Assembly: GCF_009914755.1 (NCBI RefSeq)
Contig: NC_060929.1
DNA length: 64,000 nt
Source of the DNA: the human T2T-CHM13v2.0 reference genome, Homo sapiens
Direction: 5' to 3' (one strand)
How positions within the stretch are numbered: the first letter of the stretch is position 1; each line of letters opens with the position of its first letter. The position numbers were made by a program, and so were the translations under genes. Below are positions 29,128 through 44,620 of the stretch, one piece after another. The notes beneath the pieces are model-generated. The model ran no database searches, had not been told where the DNA came from, and worked only from the letters and a program-made list of their open reading frames with translations.

Positions 29128-29220
29128 CTAAAGAATTATTTATGAGACTTTTTATGTGTCAGGTTCTGTGTTAATCTCTTGGAAATCATTATAGGATAAA
29201 ACATGATTTCTACACTCAAA
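29128..29220 (-). mobile_element. L2 3' end relic
   Basis: 'atttatgagactttttatgtgtcaggttctgtgttaa'. Confidence 0.5.
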
Positions 29221-30539
29221 CCACCAATTTTTTAATAAAACTATAAATTTCTCTAAATTGACTATGATGTAACACACACAGTGGTTTATCAGTGTTCATT
29301 ATGTTCCTGTAAATAGAAATGGCTTAGAAATTGCTTCTAGGCAAAAATTTGCTATTTCCCCCCTACATGCTTTTGTATCTAACAAGAATACCATTATTGG
29401 TCTGACCAAGTTGCTGTTACAAGGCTGTATTTTGATGAAATAGCCTGGAAAGTTTTCTAAACTCTCTAAAGTTTTAGCCATGTTTGCGGGTTTTTTAATT
29501 TGTTGCTTTATTTATTTGTTGTTTTGTTTTATGTGCATTCTATTATGTCCTTTGTATGTTCATTATTATTCTATTAATTTTATACTTCCTTAAGGCATTG
29601 ATGGACTTTTCTGCCTTTCTATTAGTACTTTTGAGTTTCTGAGTTACACCATTTTATATGTATTTCTTCTGTGTGTTAAATAAACTCAAATTCAATCCTA
29701 ATCAATGTTTTATGTGGCTCCCAAATGCATAAATGATGTCTACTAAGCCACAGCCAGAAAAATTTTTGAATTCTTTAATATATTTTGTGTGTATATTGGG
29801 TGGGTAAAAGGTATTTCCTGTTCAAAGGTAAATGAAACAGGAGGCAAACAATATACATATATTAAGATTTAGTATATTTCCTCTGGCACCCATGACTCAC
29901 TGCCATTGTTTCCATGTTAGGTTTTGAGTAATAACTATAGCTATATCATAATGTTGGAGGAAATAATGATTTTTTTAAGAGAATAATAATAACCAAGAAA
30001 AAAGGCATATATATCGGTATGTACTTTTAAATATTCTACTCTCAGAAAAACAAACTTGCTTTACATTGTAAATCATTACATGTAAAAAATATTTTTAAAA
30101 TTATAATTGAAAAAACAAAACAAACAAAAATATGCATGCACCACACTCAGATATAAAATTAACATTGTAATATATGTCTCTTTGGCTATTCATACAGCAT
30201 TTTATCTTTATAGACTGGCTATTTCTATGTTTTTCAAATGATCTCATATCCAGAATGATATTGTTTGGATAGAGTGAATGTTTTAATAAAAGTGTATGTG
30301 CTGTTATTTTATAAGTTACATGATAATAAAGGTAAAATACATTTAAGAGAATGTATCTTTACACAAATTATAAAATGCCTTTGGAAGAAAGATTGAACTA
30401 AAGACAGACAAATGAAATAACTAAATAGCCTGTCTTTTACATTAATGTGTGGTTTCCAGCTACATAAGAGCTGAGTAATATTAGCAGTTGTTTAATATAT
30501 TTAACTTTATATAAATGTATTTAATACATTCTAGGTACC

Positions 30540-30670
30540 TAAAGTATAAAATGGGGAGAATAATAACACACGGTGATTTGAGAGTCATATGATACCCTAT
30601 GCTCACAATATATAGCACAGTTACCAGCATATCATAAAGTCAATACATTTTATTATTATTATTGTAATCA
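30540..30670 (+). mobile_element. MIR 3' relic
   Basis: 'tataaaatggggagaataata..tagcacagttaccagcatat..tcaataca..ttattattatt'. Confidence 0.6.
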
Positions 30671-32637
30671 TTATTTTGCATAAGCAAGTGGTAACATAAG
30701 TATTTTGAAAAATAAGATTTAGAATTAAAATATATATTGTCTTGCCTATTAATTACTCTAGGTATAAAGTGATTTGTATATTACACGATGTGATATAAAC
30801 TACAGTGGAAAGCATATATGTTTCTACTGTAATTTCTTACAGGGAAAGAACAGATAAATTGCACCAACTCAAATATAAACATGTAATAATTGTTACTTCT
30901 TAAAAATTCCAGGTAATTTTTCTGATTCTTATTTGTTTCTAAAATTAATTTTAGGTTTAATTTTCACTTCTGTAGTTGTGAATCTCAAATTTTGCTAAAG
31001 GCAAGCATTAGAGTATTTGGATGTAAAAGCCATTCAACAATTCAAACAAAATTTCAAAAGTTTACCAATATCCTGTCTATTATGGAAAATCTTAATATTA
31101 TTCTAGTAAGATATCTTGTCCTATTGTTTGCACATCTAAATAGATGAAAATCAAAAATGTGGTTTGATGAGAGACTGTCTCCTTTTATACTAACATTTGC
31201 CAATAAAAGTATACTTGGAAGTAGGTGATTTGATCTTTATATTGAGACTCAATTCTACACATTTTCAAATAATGCTTCCTATGACATTGAGACAGTTTAA
31301 AAACATAAGGAGCATTTTAAAGAATTCTCTAAACTGAGTTAGTTACAGGTCAACTGCCTAAATAAAATTTGTGAATTAAATAAAGCATACCTCTTCTGTA
31401 GTCACTAAAGCCCGAATAAGTAGCATATTCAATGTAAATGAACCAAAATTAAGTAATTTTAAAGTAAACTTATAAGGCTTCTGTTTTAAAATGGATGCTA
31501 ATTTGCCTTAATGAGTTTATTTCTGTATTAATCACCTAAATACATAAAAAGAAAATTGTTCACATACCAGAACTTAGACTATTTATGTTTCATAAAAAGA
31601 AAATTAAGCAAAAACAAATATATTGTTATAACTGATAACATTTTTTTCTTGCTCATTTAACATCCCTCAAATTGAGCAGTCTAATTATTTGATGAGACAC
31701 ATCTCCATTACCTAGTCTTATCCTCTAATTATGAAATGTTTGCATTACTACTGGTAATGGAGGAATTAGTTTACCCAAGCAAGAAATCAATAATTCAAAC
31801 TTATAATTAAATTTTATTATAATGAAAAAGTGCATACATTATTGTGGATTGAATCTGCTATTCTTAGTATTTATTTTTTACTCCATGCATAATTAAATAT
31901 GCAAATTAAAATATCTAGTATCAATGATGTAGTTTTCTTACAATCAATAATGAAAGACAAAAAGCTCTATAGTTTTATACATATACGATAAATATGAAGT
32001 TAATAAACACTCCCAAATATTTATCAAACATGTCATTCACTGCAAATCAATGCCAGCTAAGAAATGAGTTATCCATTTTCTTTACAGATGTCTTTGATAT
32101 ATTAAGTGTCAATTTTCTTAACCATAATTATGTTTATGCATCACAAGCAGGTCTTCTGGAAGCCAGGGTAAAAATGAATATCTAGAGATTCTTGTCCCAA
32201 ATTCATTAATATTTCAAGGAAGTGACAAGCAGAGCATTAAACTAAGAGTAGGGTTTATCTGAATGTGGGGTACTGTGATAACTGCAAATATTTTTAAAAG
32301 ATTTATGTCAAGTCTACATAATCTCCTCCAGAAAACAGAAAAGAGGGAACCCTTCTCTATTTGTTAAATGAAGCTAGTACTACAGTGATATCAGAATCAC
32401 ACAGAGTAAAAGATGAAAAGCATAAATGAACATTTCTCCTGAAAATAGACATGCAATCCTTATCAAAATATTAACAAATGGTACTCAGTAATATATAACA
32501 CTATATACTATAAGCAATATGGATTTATACCAGAGATACAAAGCTAATTTATAGTTAGGAAACAATCAATACACTGCATGATATAAGGAGGCTAAAAATG
32601 AAAAGTAATATAAAGTAATGCAGAACAAAACATTTGG

Positions 32638-33006
<369 letters not shown>

Positions 33007-34594
33007 CTAATACCATATTTAATAAGAGACTAGATGCTTTCATTCTTACATTGCAACAAGGCAATGATGTTTACTATGAACACTCTTATTTAACATAATG
33101 CTTAAAACTTCCAAATTTTTCTGAATCAGAAAGTATAGTAACAATTTAACTCTCATCTGCCTCCAACTCTCCTTATTTGCGCATAACATAATTGTGTACA
33201 TAGAAAATCTCAAGAAACCGACAAACATAATTTTTCTAATAACTAGGGTTATTAGATATTATATTCCTAACACAATGTTTCTAACTCCTGTAACTAATAA
33301 CTGTGACACCTAGCTTGCAAAATATGCAGCAAATATACATTATTCAATTGTATTTGAGTATGTAAAAATAAATGTGGACACAGAAATTAAAAAAAATTTT
33401 TAATTGCTCAAAAGGCACATGTTGACTGTAATCTAACAAGAATGTGTAGAGGACTCATGCTTAATAAAACAAAACACCAATGAAAGAAACCAAAGAAATA
33501 TAAATAAATGAAGAGTCACAGAGTGTTAATATTTGGAAAATTCAAAATAGTAAAGTATCAATTCTCCCCCAATTGATAAATGAGTTTAATGAAATTGCTA
33601 TCAGAATACTAGCAAGATTTATTGTAATTATAGATAAGACTATTTTAAAAGTATATAGAACAACAAAAGATCAAGAAAAGAAATAAAATTTTAAAAAGTT
33701 GGGAAAGAGAAATAAAGTGAGAAGAATTAGTGTCTTTGATTTCAAGACCCATTTTATGAATAAAATTATCAAGATTGTGTGGTATTGATGAAGCATAGGT
33801 ATATAAAACAATGGAACAAATAGATAACCTACAAATAGACACACTCAGAGTAAGTCTCACGATGTTCACAAAAACTACTTCAAAATGCAACATCAATTTT
33901 AGTGAAAACTTAAAAGTATAAAATATTACAAATAAAAATAAAATACAAAAGAAAATGTTTCAGATTTAGGATAAGGGTAAGCAAAGACTTGTTAAACTTA
34001 ACAACAAATGTAAATCTATGAAATAAAAATAGCTGTGAATGGCATTTCATCAAAATTTAGAAAAAAAAAAAATAGAAGAAAATGTAGTGCTGCAAAAGGC
34101 CCTGTTAAGAGGTTGAAATGACAAGCTACAGATTTGGAGAAAATATTTACAAACCACATGTTTAAAAATATTAACATCTAGACAGTGTTAAGAACTTTGA
34201 TTACACACCAGTAAAAGCTCCTGATTACTTAACTGGCAAAATATACAACAAAGCATTTAATCAGAAAGGATATAGATGATAAATAAGTCCATGAACAGTG
34301 TTCAAAATTATTACACATTAGGGAAATACAAATGAAACCACACATACTCATATGTCTATATATCTATCTGAATGTCCAAGTAAGAAATAGATTGAATACC
34401 AAATAGTGGCAAGAATACAGAAAAATCGAGTAATTAGAGTGTCAGTAGAACAGTAAAATTGTCAGTAAAAAAATTAAACAGAAAACTACCATAGGATCCA
34501 GCAATTGCACTTCTGAACACTTACTTCAACATAAGAAAAATTTAAATTCATACAAAAACTTATATACAAACATGAATAGCAGCTTTATTGATAA

Positions 34595-34931
<337 letters not shown>

Positions 34932-35077
34932 AATTCAGATATTCTTAAACAGTGAATAAAGTATAATACATTCTTATAATGGAATACCATTCAGCAATAA
35001 AAAGGAACAAATTGATATATCCATCTCTTCAGAGATTTATGCAAAGGGAAAAAGTCAATCATAAAAGGTTACATACT

Positions 35078-35451
35078 TGATAAGGTTTGGCTCTCTTTCC
35101 TCACCCAAACCACATGTCCAATTATAATCCCCAGTATTGGAAGAGGGGTCTGGTGGGAGGTGATTGGGTCATGAGGCCCAATATCCCCCTTGCTGTTCTC
35201 ATGATAGTGAGTTCCCATGAGATATGGTGTAAAAGTGTGTATCACCTCCCTCTTCACTCTCTTCCTCCTTCTCCAGCTATGCAGGATGTGTCTGCATCCC
35301 CTTCACCTGTTATGATTGTAAGTTTCCAGAGGCCTTCCCTGCCATGCTTCCTGTACAGCCTGCAGAACCATGAGCCAGGTACATCTCTTTTCTTTATAAA
35401 TTACTCAGTCTCAGATAGTCCTTTATAGCAATGCAAGAATGAACTCATACA
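35078..35451 (+). mobile_element. THE1D/MSTA-like MaLR solo LTR
   Basis: 'tgataaggtttggctct...gcaagaatgaactcataca'; 5-bp TSD ATACT at 35073-35077 and 35452-35456. Confidence 0.93.
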
Positions 35452-36009
35452 ATACTACTATATGATTCTATTTTTATAACATTCTTAAGAAAAAAAATTC
35501 TGTCTTGATTGTATCAATGGCAGCATTCTGATTGTGATATTGTTCTGTAAGATCCTACCATTGGGGTAAACAGTAAAAAACCCAAATAATCTCTGTTATT
35601 TGCATAACCACATACAATTCTATAATTAATTAAATTTATTTTTAAGAAAGGAAACTAAAAAGGACATTTTACTTATGAAAATAGACTTGAAAAATGAAAT
35701 AAATTATTAGTCAATATTATTCCAGTCCATATACATTTCTAATAATGCATAAATCAGAATAAAAATTGTTCAAAGAAAGAGCAATTCAATATTAGATAAT
35801 ATGTTAATGAAATTTAACTTAAAAATGAGTAAATTAAAAATTTGGAAGATTATTTTAATATTTGCAGAAAAAATAAAATTTCCTTCTGTTCTAGTTCAGA
35901 AATTAGTCCAAAACAAACACTTGCACACAGACACATATTAATAAAAAGGAAATAAAAGGTAACGTTTAGCAACTTAGAAGCAGGAAGACTCCCTAAATTT
36001 TTTTAAGAT

Positions 36010-36585
36010 GGATAAAAATCTACAGCAAACATATGAAAAAGAGAAAAACAAAAGATAATCAGACCAAGTATTCTTGCTACATTTTATTACTGCAGTAGAA
36101 GAACTGATAACATCTACCATAATATAAAGTGAAATAAGAAGTATTTTAAAAGAATAAATAAACCTGCAACTATTAGTAGATGATATGATTATCTATATAG
36201 AAAAAATACTGAGAAATTATAGAAACTGATTAGAAACTTTATCAGCTGTTGCTGCATACAGTATCAGAATATAATCTCTATTAGCAATAACCAACTGAAC
36301 TACATCAAAAATAAGATAACCACGACAAGAGTATCACTTCTTGCAAGTTTGAACAAATTAATTTAGTAAACAAAATTAGACACTCTATAGATAAAAATAT
36401 TTAACTCTATAAAATAGATTAAATTAAGGACTAAACATTGCATATTTTGGGATGAGTGAAACTATGCTATAAAATATCAGAATTTGCACGGGCATAGGTC
36501 ACTAAATCAGCAAAATATAAATAAAAATTCTGCTTTTTTTTTTTAAAACTCAATAAACTCAATACATTTATTCTAAAACTTATAA
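36010..36585 (+). mobile_element. Old L1 ORF2 fragment
   Basis: 'ctattagtagatgatatgattatctatatagaaaa' corresponds to the RT (F/Y)ADD region. Confidence 0.65.
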
Positions 36586-37667
36586 GGAGTCTGAGTCTCC
36601 TGACAAGGTCCTACCCCATGAACAGGCAAGAGTGAAAAAATTGTGTACTGCAATATTTAAGGAGAGAAAAGTCAGCTTTTTAACAAGTAAGATTATTTAC
36701 TAAGGAAACAAAATTATATGTGGGCTAAGAACATCCTTATTCATTAACCCAGGGGCAGGGGATATAGAATTTACAAGGAATGTGACAGTACAGGTGAAAA
36801 TTGGCTGCTAGGCTTCTATTGACAATGAAAATGCTCTTTTGCATGAGTGTTGATACCTGAAAGTCTTTTTTTTTTTTTGCTGCTAAATTTAACTTTTTTA
36901 ATAATGAGAATTTATGATTTAAAGTAACAAAAGGAGAGCCTCAAACTCTTTCTAATGCAAACTTCTCAAATGGTATACATGAGGAAACAGACAGGTAGGG
37001 AATGTAAGAGATTGTCTCAGGGGCATTAAAATAAATTGTAACAGATTGACAGATCTGAGATTGGACATCCCCTGATAGGTATCTCCTGATATCTATTTCT
37101 CTTTTATTTCTACCAAATCAAATGATGTGTGTGGGTGTGTGTTTGTGTGTGTTTGTTTTCATTTGTGACCATATTTCTACCGTTGCATTTAGTCTAAATA
37201 ACTTATTCTCAGCTGGAAGGCATATTAGCAATTCTGGGAATCATTTTTTTCTAACTACAGATTTATCTGCCACCACTACTTCTCTCTGACCACCACCACA
37301 TGGTCCGATTCAATGATACATCAGAGTCTGTGCATAATCCTGATAGACAATTTTATTGTCTGTCACAATTAAATGAGGTAATGAGGTAAAAATTGTGATC
37401 ACATTTATTAAGGAAGAATCGGACAACTCTTCACAAATAACCGCTGTTAACTTTTGAAGGTATAAAAGTCAATTTTATTCTCATTAATTTGATCATTGAT
37501 TGTTTCATTCAACTTTTGTTGACTTCCTGTTACTATGTCTGGTGTTGGGCATACAAAGGTGATAGATAGGATTCAGGGAAAAGAGTAGAACACTGAAAAG
37601 AGCCAAAACCAACCATGAGGCTACTCCTAATACTGAATTTGATGCGAACTGAGCAATTACTTTTTCT

Positions 37668-37800
37668 AAGTATGTTTCCTTTTGCTATTGTAACTAATTA
37701 CAAGTTTAGTGGCCTAAAACAACATAAAATTATTCTTTTATAGTTTTGTATGTTAGGAGTTTGACAAGAATGTCACTGGACTAAAATCAAGATGTTGGCA
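37668..37800 (-). mobile_element. MLT1D/E LTR 3' fragment
   Basis: 'tttagtggcctaaaacaacataaaattattctttta..cactggactaaaatcaagatgttggca'. Confidence 0.65.
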
Positions 37801-39261
37801 ATAATTTCTGTACTGGGGAATATTCTTCTTAAACTGAATTACTACTTCCAGCATATTACAAGTCTGTATGTATTAAAATAAAGACACATTTGTGTGAGAC
37901 AGGCAGAATACTAGATTTACGTTATATAATCACAATTAAGGCAAACATTTTAAAAATATATTTAATATATGATTCATAGTTTTAGTAGTATACCAATAAG
38001 CTATTAGTCATTTTTGGAATGAGGACTTGGGACCAAAAAAAAAGTAAAATTAATACAGACTTTCAAACTATAAAGAATGTTTACACAGTGATAATTACAT
38101 GTAAACTACATGTAAACTTGGAGAAATGGCAATAATTTTAACCTCTATTTATCACACAAGGACAAACATTTTCTTAAATGAAACATTTACAGAGAACCAA
38201 CAGTCATTGTTTTTTGACACTGATGCTATTTTTTCTCAAAAACTAGATTATAGAATTAGATGCAAACTTTTATCAAAATATTGTATTTTTTCAACGACCT
38301 TGTTTCAAATAATACAAATGAAGCCTATTAAAATCCTGGAACCCATTATTTTTCTTTCTCTATCACCAGACACAAACAAACAACCATTTATCCTTGTGTC
38401 CCACTTCTGAAAGTAAACTTAACAGGTGTCAATATTGGGTAACATAGTCAACATTTCTTCCCTGGAGAAATAGAACCTAGAGAAAATACTATCTTGGGAT
38501 TCCCCATGTTAAAAGAGCTCCGAAATGAGATTTTAGAGTTTCTACTCAAACATATGAACCAAATCTATTTAAACAGTTGAAGAAAAATTTCAACACTGAG
38601 CATGGTTAAAATTATATGCAAATGAAAAGAAGCTCTAAAGAAATAAGAATGGTAAAAGATGCAGAAGAACACTTTTTAAAAAGTATAATTTGAATAGTTA
38701 AAAGCACCTGAAAATAAATTTTATTAATGAAAGAATATTAGAATACTACATAAAATAAACAGGGAATAAAACATATGCTTTGACATCAAAGAAAATTTAT
38801 AAGAAAAATTATTTAGTAGCAAGATCAAAAATAAAGTTGAGCAAGTCTAACAACAGTTAGGACAAAAAGACTGCCAGAGCATGTGATGCTAGACTGAAGT
38901 TACCAATAAATGGCAAAATAGGTGAAAGGAAGTTAAATCACCAAATAGTATCCCTGAGAAATATCATGAACAAGTTGTGAAGAAAAATCATGTCACCTAC
39001 AAGGCAGTGAGAATTAGAATGGCATTTGGCCACTCACTATTATATGGAATGCTCAAAAGCAATACTTTCAGGTTAAGGAGAAATCACTTTAAGTAATGAA
39101 TTCTACAATGGGCAATTGCGTAAAATTAATACATAAGGTAAGAATAAATAAGTGACTGGCAGAAAGGTCTTCTCATGATTATGGTGAATATAAATTAAAA
39201 CAAAAAAAAAAGCAAGAGTAAAAAAGTAGAGAGCTATAATAACTATAAATTCAATTAGACC

Positions 39262-41238
39262 TGTATTAGTCTGTTCTTATGCTGCTGATAAAGACATAGC
39301 AGAGCCTGGGCAATTTACAAAAGAAAGAGGTTTAATTGGACTTACTTCCACATAGCTGGGGAAGCCTCACAATCATGGCAGAAGGCAAAGAGGAGCTAGT
39401 CCCATCTTACATGGATGGCAGAATGAGGAAGACGCAAAAGTGGAAACCCCTGATAAAACCATCAGATCTCGTGAGACTTATTCATTACTATGAGGACAAT
39501 ATGGCGGAAACCGCCCAAATGATTCAATTATCTCCCACCGTGTCCCTCCCACAATATGTGGGAATTATGGGAGTACAGTTAAAGATGAGATTTGAGTAAG
39601 GACACAGAGCCAAAAAATATCATTCTGCCCCTGGCCCCTGCCATATCTCATGTCCTCACATTTCAAAACCATTGTGCCTTCCCAACAGTCCCCCAAAGTC
39701 TTAACTCATTTCAGCATTAACTCAAAAGTCCACAGCCCAAAGTCTCATCTGAGACAAGGCAAGTCCCTTCTGCCTACCAGCCTGCAAAATCAAAAGCAAG
39801 CTAGTTATTTCCTAGATACAATGGGGGTACAGATATTAGGTAAATGCAACCACTTTAAATGGGAGAAATCGTCCAAAACAAAGGGATGACAGGGCCCATG
39901 CAAGTCCGAAATCCAGTGGGGAAGTCAAATCTTAAGGATCCAAAATGATGTCCTTTGACTCCGTGTCTCATATTCAGGTCATGCTGATGCAAGAGGGGGG
40001 TTCCTATGCTTTTGGGCAGCTCTGCCCCTGTGATTTTCAGGTATAGCCTCTCTCCTGGCTGCTTTCATGGTCTGGTGTTGCGTGTCTGTGGCTTTTCCAG
40101 GCACACGGTGCAAGCTGTTGGTGGATCTACCATTCTGGGGTCTGAAGGATGGTGGCCCTCTTCTCACAGCTCCACTAGGCAGTGACCCAATAGGGACTCT
40201 GTCTGGAGGCTCCAAGCTCACATTTCCCTTCTGCACTGCCCTAGCAGAGGTTCTCCATGATCATCCTGCCCCTGAGCAAACTTCTCCCCGGGCATCCGGG
40301 TGTTTTCATACATCTTCGGAAATCTAGGCGGACGGTCCCAAACCTCAATGCTTGACATCTGTGTACCCTCAGGGTTGACACCACATGGAAGCTGCCAGGG
40401 CTTGGGGCTTGCACCATCTGAAGCCACCATCTGAGCTCTGCACTGGCCCCTTTGAGCCATGGCTGGAGCGGCTGGGACACAGCGCACCAAGTCCTTAGAC
40501 AGCACACAGCTCAGGGACCCTGGGCCTGGCCCATGAAACCACTTTTTTCTCGTAGACCTCTGGGCCTGTGATGGGAGGGGCTGCTGTGAGGACCTCTGAC
40601 ATGCCCTGGAGACATTTTCTCCACTGTCTTGGGGATTAACGTTGGGCTCCTCGTTACTTGTACAAATTTCTGCAGCAGGCTTGAATTTCTCCTCAGAAGA
40701 TGGGATTTTCTTTTTTATTGCATTGTCAGGCTGGAAATTTTTCAAGCTTTTATGCTCCGTTTCCTTTTTGAAACTGAATGCTTTTAACAACACCCAAGTC
40801 ACCTCTTGAATGCTTTGCTGCTTAGAAATTTCTTCGCCAGATACTCTAAATCATCTCTCTCAAGTTCAGAGTTCCACAAATCTCAAGGGTGGAGGAAAAA
40901 TGCCACCAGTCTCTTTGCTAAAACATGACAAGAGGCACCTTTGCTCCAGTTCACAACAAGTTCCTCATCTCCATCTGAGACCTGAAGGCAAGGAGGAGCA
41001 AGTCCCGTCTTACAAGGATGGCAGCAGGCAAAGACAGAATGAAGAAGATGCAAAAGCAGAAACCCTTGATAAAACCATAAGATTTTGTGAGACTGATTCA
41101 CTACCATGAGAACAGTATGGGAGAAACTGCCCCCATGATTCAATTATCTCCCACTGGGTCCCTCCCACAACATGTTAGAATTATGGGAGTAAGATTTAAG
41201 ATGAGATTTGGGTGGGGACACAGAGCCAAATCATATCA
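39262..41238 (-). mobile_element. THE1A/B MaLR provirus: LTR 39262-39622, internal 39623-40982, truncated LTR 40983-41238
   Basis: Two mutually alignable LTRs flanking THE1-int; TSD-like agacc/tgacc; ORFs at 39979-40802(-) are THE1-int remnants. Confidence 0.95.
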
Positions 41239-41975
41239 TGACCCAAACTAAGGGTATAATTGTCTTTAAATAACTGACAAAAATAACATAAAAATATATA
41301 AGATTTTTTAAAAATCAAAACTAAAAGGTAACATGGATTTCATAAATTTCAATACAGAAATATAAATATCACATAATTTCCTATTAATGCTATGAAGACC
41401 TAAACTTCACATAGCTGTGAGAAGTAAACAGACCTCTGGAGTAATGACTCTGGGTGCACAAAGGGTGTTTGCATGTATTTGTGGTGGATGATATGGTCCT
41501 GGTGTTAGTGTTGGTGATAGTAAGGAGAATTTGACTAATCAGACTGTTTTGACAATGTCAATAGAAATTGAGCAAATTTAATACACAAGATTAAAAAGCT
41601 TAAATCAAATAGTTTATATCCAAGGAATTTTTACCGAACCACATAGGCAAAAAGGAACTCATATATTCAAAAACTCAGGATGTATGGTACCAGTGAATGT
41701 TTCTTTAAAACCAAACTCATATGCATGATATTAAAATCTAGCTATCTAATATCTTCATGAATAAGCCACGATAATCTATCAAATGCTGAGCTTTGGACAC
41801 TTTAACATAGAGACCAAGTTTAAATACTTTTGAGACACATTTGTATACATAAATGTCATCATCATCACCACCAACAAAAATAATATAGTAATAAAAATGA
41901 ACACGTGTGAGAGTGAGAGCAAGAGAAAAAAAGGCAGAAGTTGGAGAGGTTGGTAGATGTGAAGTACAGTGCCAC

Positions 41976-42430
41976 TGTATTTTTTTAAAAAATATTAAAT
42001 GATACTTGATATAGCACAATAAGGCAGACTTTATTCAGGACCATCAATATAAGTGTAGGGACAAGGCGGTGAGATTGTGTAGAGGGAGGAGAGAAGTTGG
42101 ACGCAGCTCAAAATACAGCATGGACAAGTGGGAATTTATAGCCAAAAAGCAGGGTGAAGCGCAATGAAGGAAAAATTATTAAGAGGCAACATCAAGGATT
42201 CTGACCACACCTGCCTAGCAGAATTATTGCTGGCGACAGGCCAGCATGATCAGATATCACCTGGGGGATGGTGGAAGGTGAAAAGGCCAATCAGATATCA
42301 AGAGTGATTGAGGGTGAAGAGTTCTTGCAACATTTTTCTAAAACTGAATTTTATAAGGAATTACAGAGATGAGCCTAAGAGAAGGTTTCGGAACCTAACT
42401 AAATCTTGGTCAAGCAAAGAATCTTTGTTA
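41976..42430 (-). mobile_element. MER31-like ERV1 solo LTR
   Basis: 'tgatcagatatcacctgggggatggtgga..ctaaaactgaattttataaggaa..ttggtcaagcaaagaatctttgtta' matches the reverse complement of MER31. Confidence 0.8.
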
Positions 42431-43537
42431 ATACAAATTCTCTTACCTTATTTGTGGGGATTTAGTATACAATGAATACCATTAATAACTTTAAGAATTT
42501 GTTTGAAAGATTTTGCTTTAATTTTCTTTAAATATTTCTTATTAATCATCATAAAATTATCAGAAAAGTTAACATAAAAAACAAAATTAAATCTAATTTA
42601 TAATAGGAACAATGCAGGTTCAACTTTTATATTACTTATTTAAAAAGTCAACAGCTCTAAATTAATTGATGAATAAAAATACATATATACCTGAACCGCA
42701 ATTATGGATATAATGTACAAATTTTAAAATTTACTAAAAAGTAAATACACATACAACACAGAGAAAAAAAATTCCATATAACATCAAATAGAAAACCACA
42801 AAGCTAGATATATAGAAATTCACATAAAATGTTAAAAATTTTTCAAACTAAATGTATTTGCCTTTCCAAGCAATATAAATAAAATAGACACAAATTTAAA
42901 AAGAAAAAAACTTTGAGGTTAGCTAAATAATATAACTTAGATGCTTCTAAGAGAAGGTCTTTCAGAATAGTTCAAACTAGAAAGAATGAACCTAGGCACT
43001 AAAGAGATATTACTTTATACAATTTATGCACTAAAAAGTGGAAATATAAGCATTATTTCAGGAACTGTAAGGAGATATATAAACAAATCATTTCTTAGTC
43101 AGTTGTACCTGTTTTTGTGAACTCATGGCAAATCAAGTAGTTAAAATATAAACACATATGTAAATATTAAATATTATGGATAATAAAGTTGATCTAATTT
43201 TTTTAAAATTAAAGTCTACCTCTAATAATAAGAAACACACTTTTACTTTTGATATATATGAAATGTTGCTTTTGCTAGGCTGCAAGTTCAAACAAAATTC
43301 ACTAAATGTTGAAATAAAAATAATCATCATTTTCACATAGGAGAAAATAGCAAGTAAGAAATAATACGTATTTCATAACAGTATCAATAAAATATAGCAT
43401 CTAGGAGTAAAATTGGTAAAACTGTACAAATGCTGTGTGAAACATTTAAATTTTTCCTCTAAGCCATTTAAAAAACCTAAATAATCGCATAATGTTCTTG
43501 GATTGGAAAATACAGTATTATAAAGAACAATACCATA

Positions 43538-43715
43538 GGACAGTTCTCCAGGTGGTCTTGGACCCATCCAGTTTCCCCCTTGTTCTTGCTTGTAGTTCTC
43601 AAGAATAACTAGAATGTGCTGGGAATGCAATATTCTGAGATAGAAAGAAACTACCTGAAACACCTCGGGACTTGTTTCTGTCCCTCCTAGGGAATGTAAA
43701 ATCTTGAGTTAGTTA
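43538..43715 (+). mobile_element. ERVL LTR 5' fragment (LTR47-like)
   Basis: 'ggacagttctccaggtggtcttggac..cttgtagttctcaagaataactagaatgtgctgggaatgcaa'. Confidence 0.6.
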
Positions 43716-43821
43716 AAGTCTGTATGTAAGAAAAAGCCACTGAAGGATCAGAGATTAAGAGGGTGTCTTTGAAGGGAATGGTGAGCCTATTAACAAGTAC
43801 AACTGAAGGGAAGAGGAGGGT

Positions 43822-44620
43822 GTATTGTACTATTAAGATTGAATTAGACTACATGTGACAGAAAGACTAAACTAATAGTGGTTTAAAGACTACAAAAGTA
43901 CAGGAAGCCCGTCGTATCCATGGTTTCTTCATTGGTGGATTCAACCAACTGCTGATTAAAAATATTAGAAAAAAATGGATTGTGACTGCGCTGAACATAT
44001 ACAGTTTTTTTTTGTCATCATTACTTAAACAATGCAGTATAGCAACTATTTACATAGCACTTACATTGCATTTAGGTATTATAAGTCATCTAGGGATTAA
44101 AGTGTACAGGAGGATATGCACAAGTTGTATGCAAATACAACACCATTTTATATAAGGAAATAGAGCATCTGCAGATTTTGGTATCTGCAGGTGGCTCCTG
44201 TGATCAAACTCCCATGGATACTGAGGGATAACGCTATAGTTTCTAAATGCAAGCATCTCAACCTACTATGGCACCAGCATGACTAGCAGAACCCCAAGCT
44301 TTACCTATGCTTTTGTTCCACCATCCTCAACACAGAAATTCCATGTATAACTTTTCATTATAGGTGGCTATATTGGATCTGCATTTCACAACTGAATGCA
44401 TGGTAGCTGGAAAGAGAAAAGAGAAAATGAATAGCATACTTACACTCTTTTGGAAAATTTCCCAAAGTTGCACAATTAATTTTACATTTCATCAAGCAAA
44501 AATATAGCCACATCTAGATATATGTACAGAGTCTAAGGCAATAGCTTCTTTAGTCTGCAGTGCCATGTACCAGCAAACAGTTACAGATTCTATCACTGGT
44601 GAATGGGAGATGGGATATTC
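43822..44620 (-). mobile_element. Degraded MLT1J/K-like LTR split by MER2
   Basis: 'gactacatgtgacagaaagactaaactaatagtggtttaa' upstream, and 'ttccaccatcctca..agccacatctag' downstream of MER2. Confidence 0.45.
43901..44236 (-). mobile_element. MER2 (TcMar-Tigger) MITE
   Basis: 'ggattcaaccaac..caactatttacatagca..gttgtatgcaaatacaacaccattttatataagg..ccatggatactgaggga'; TA flanks. Confidence 0.9.

Noticed and set aside
31885-31910. Tandem POU/octamer-like motifs (atgcataattaa, ATGCAAAT)
   Set aside because: Short AT-rich motifs are frequent at this base composition; no other support.
36590-37000. Possible additional old LTR relics (also ~25620-25930 and ~58020-58500)
   Set aside because: LTR-like composition, but I cannot assign a family or boundaries without a Dfam search.
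39979-41143. Cluster of 85-194 aa ORFs
   Set aside because: All lie in THE1 internal or LTR sequence, where higher GC gives fewer stops.
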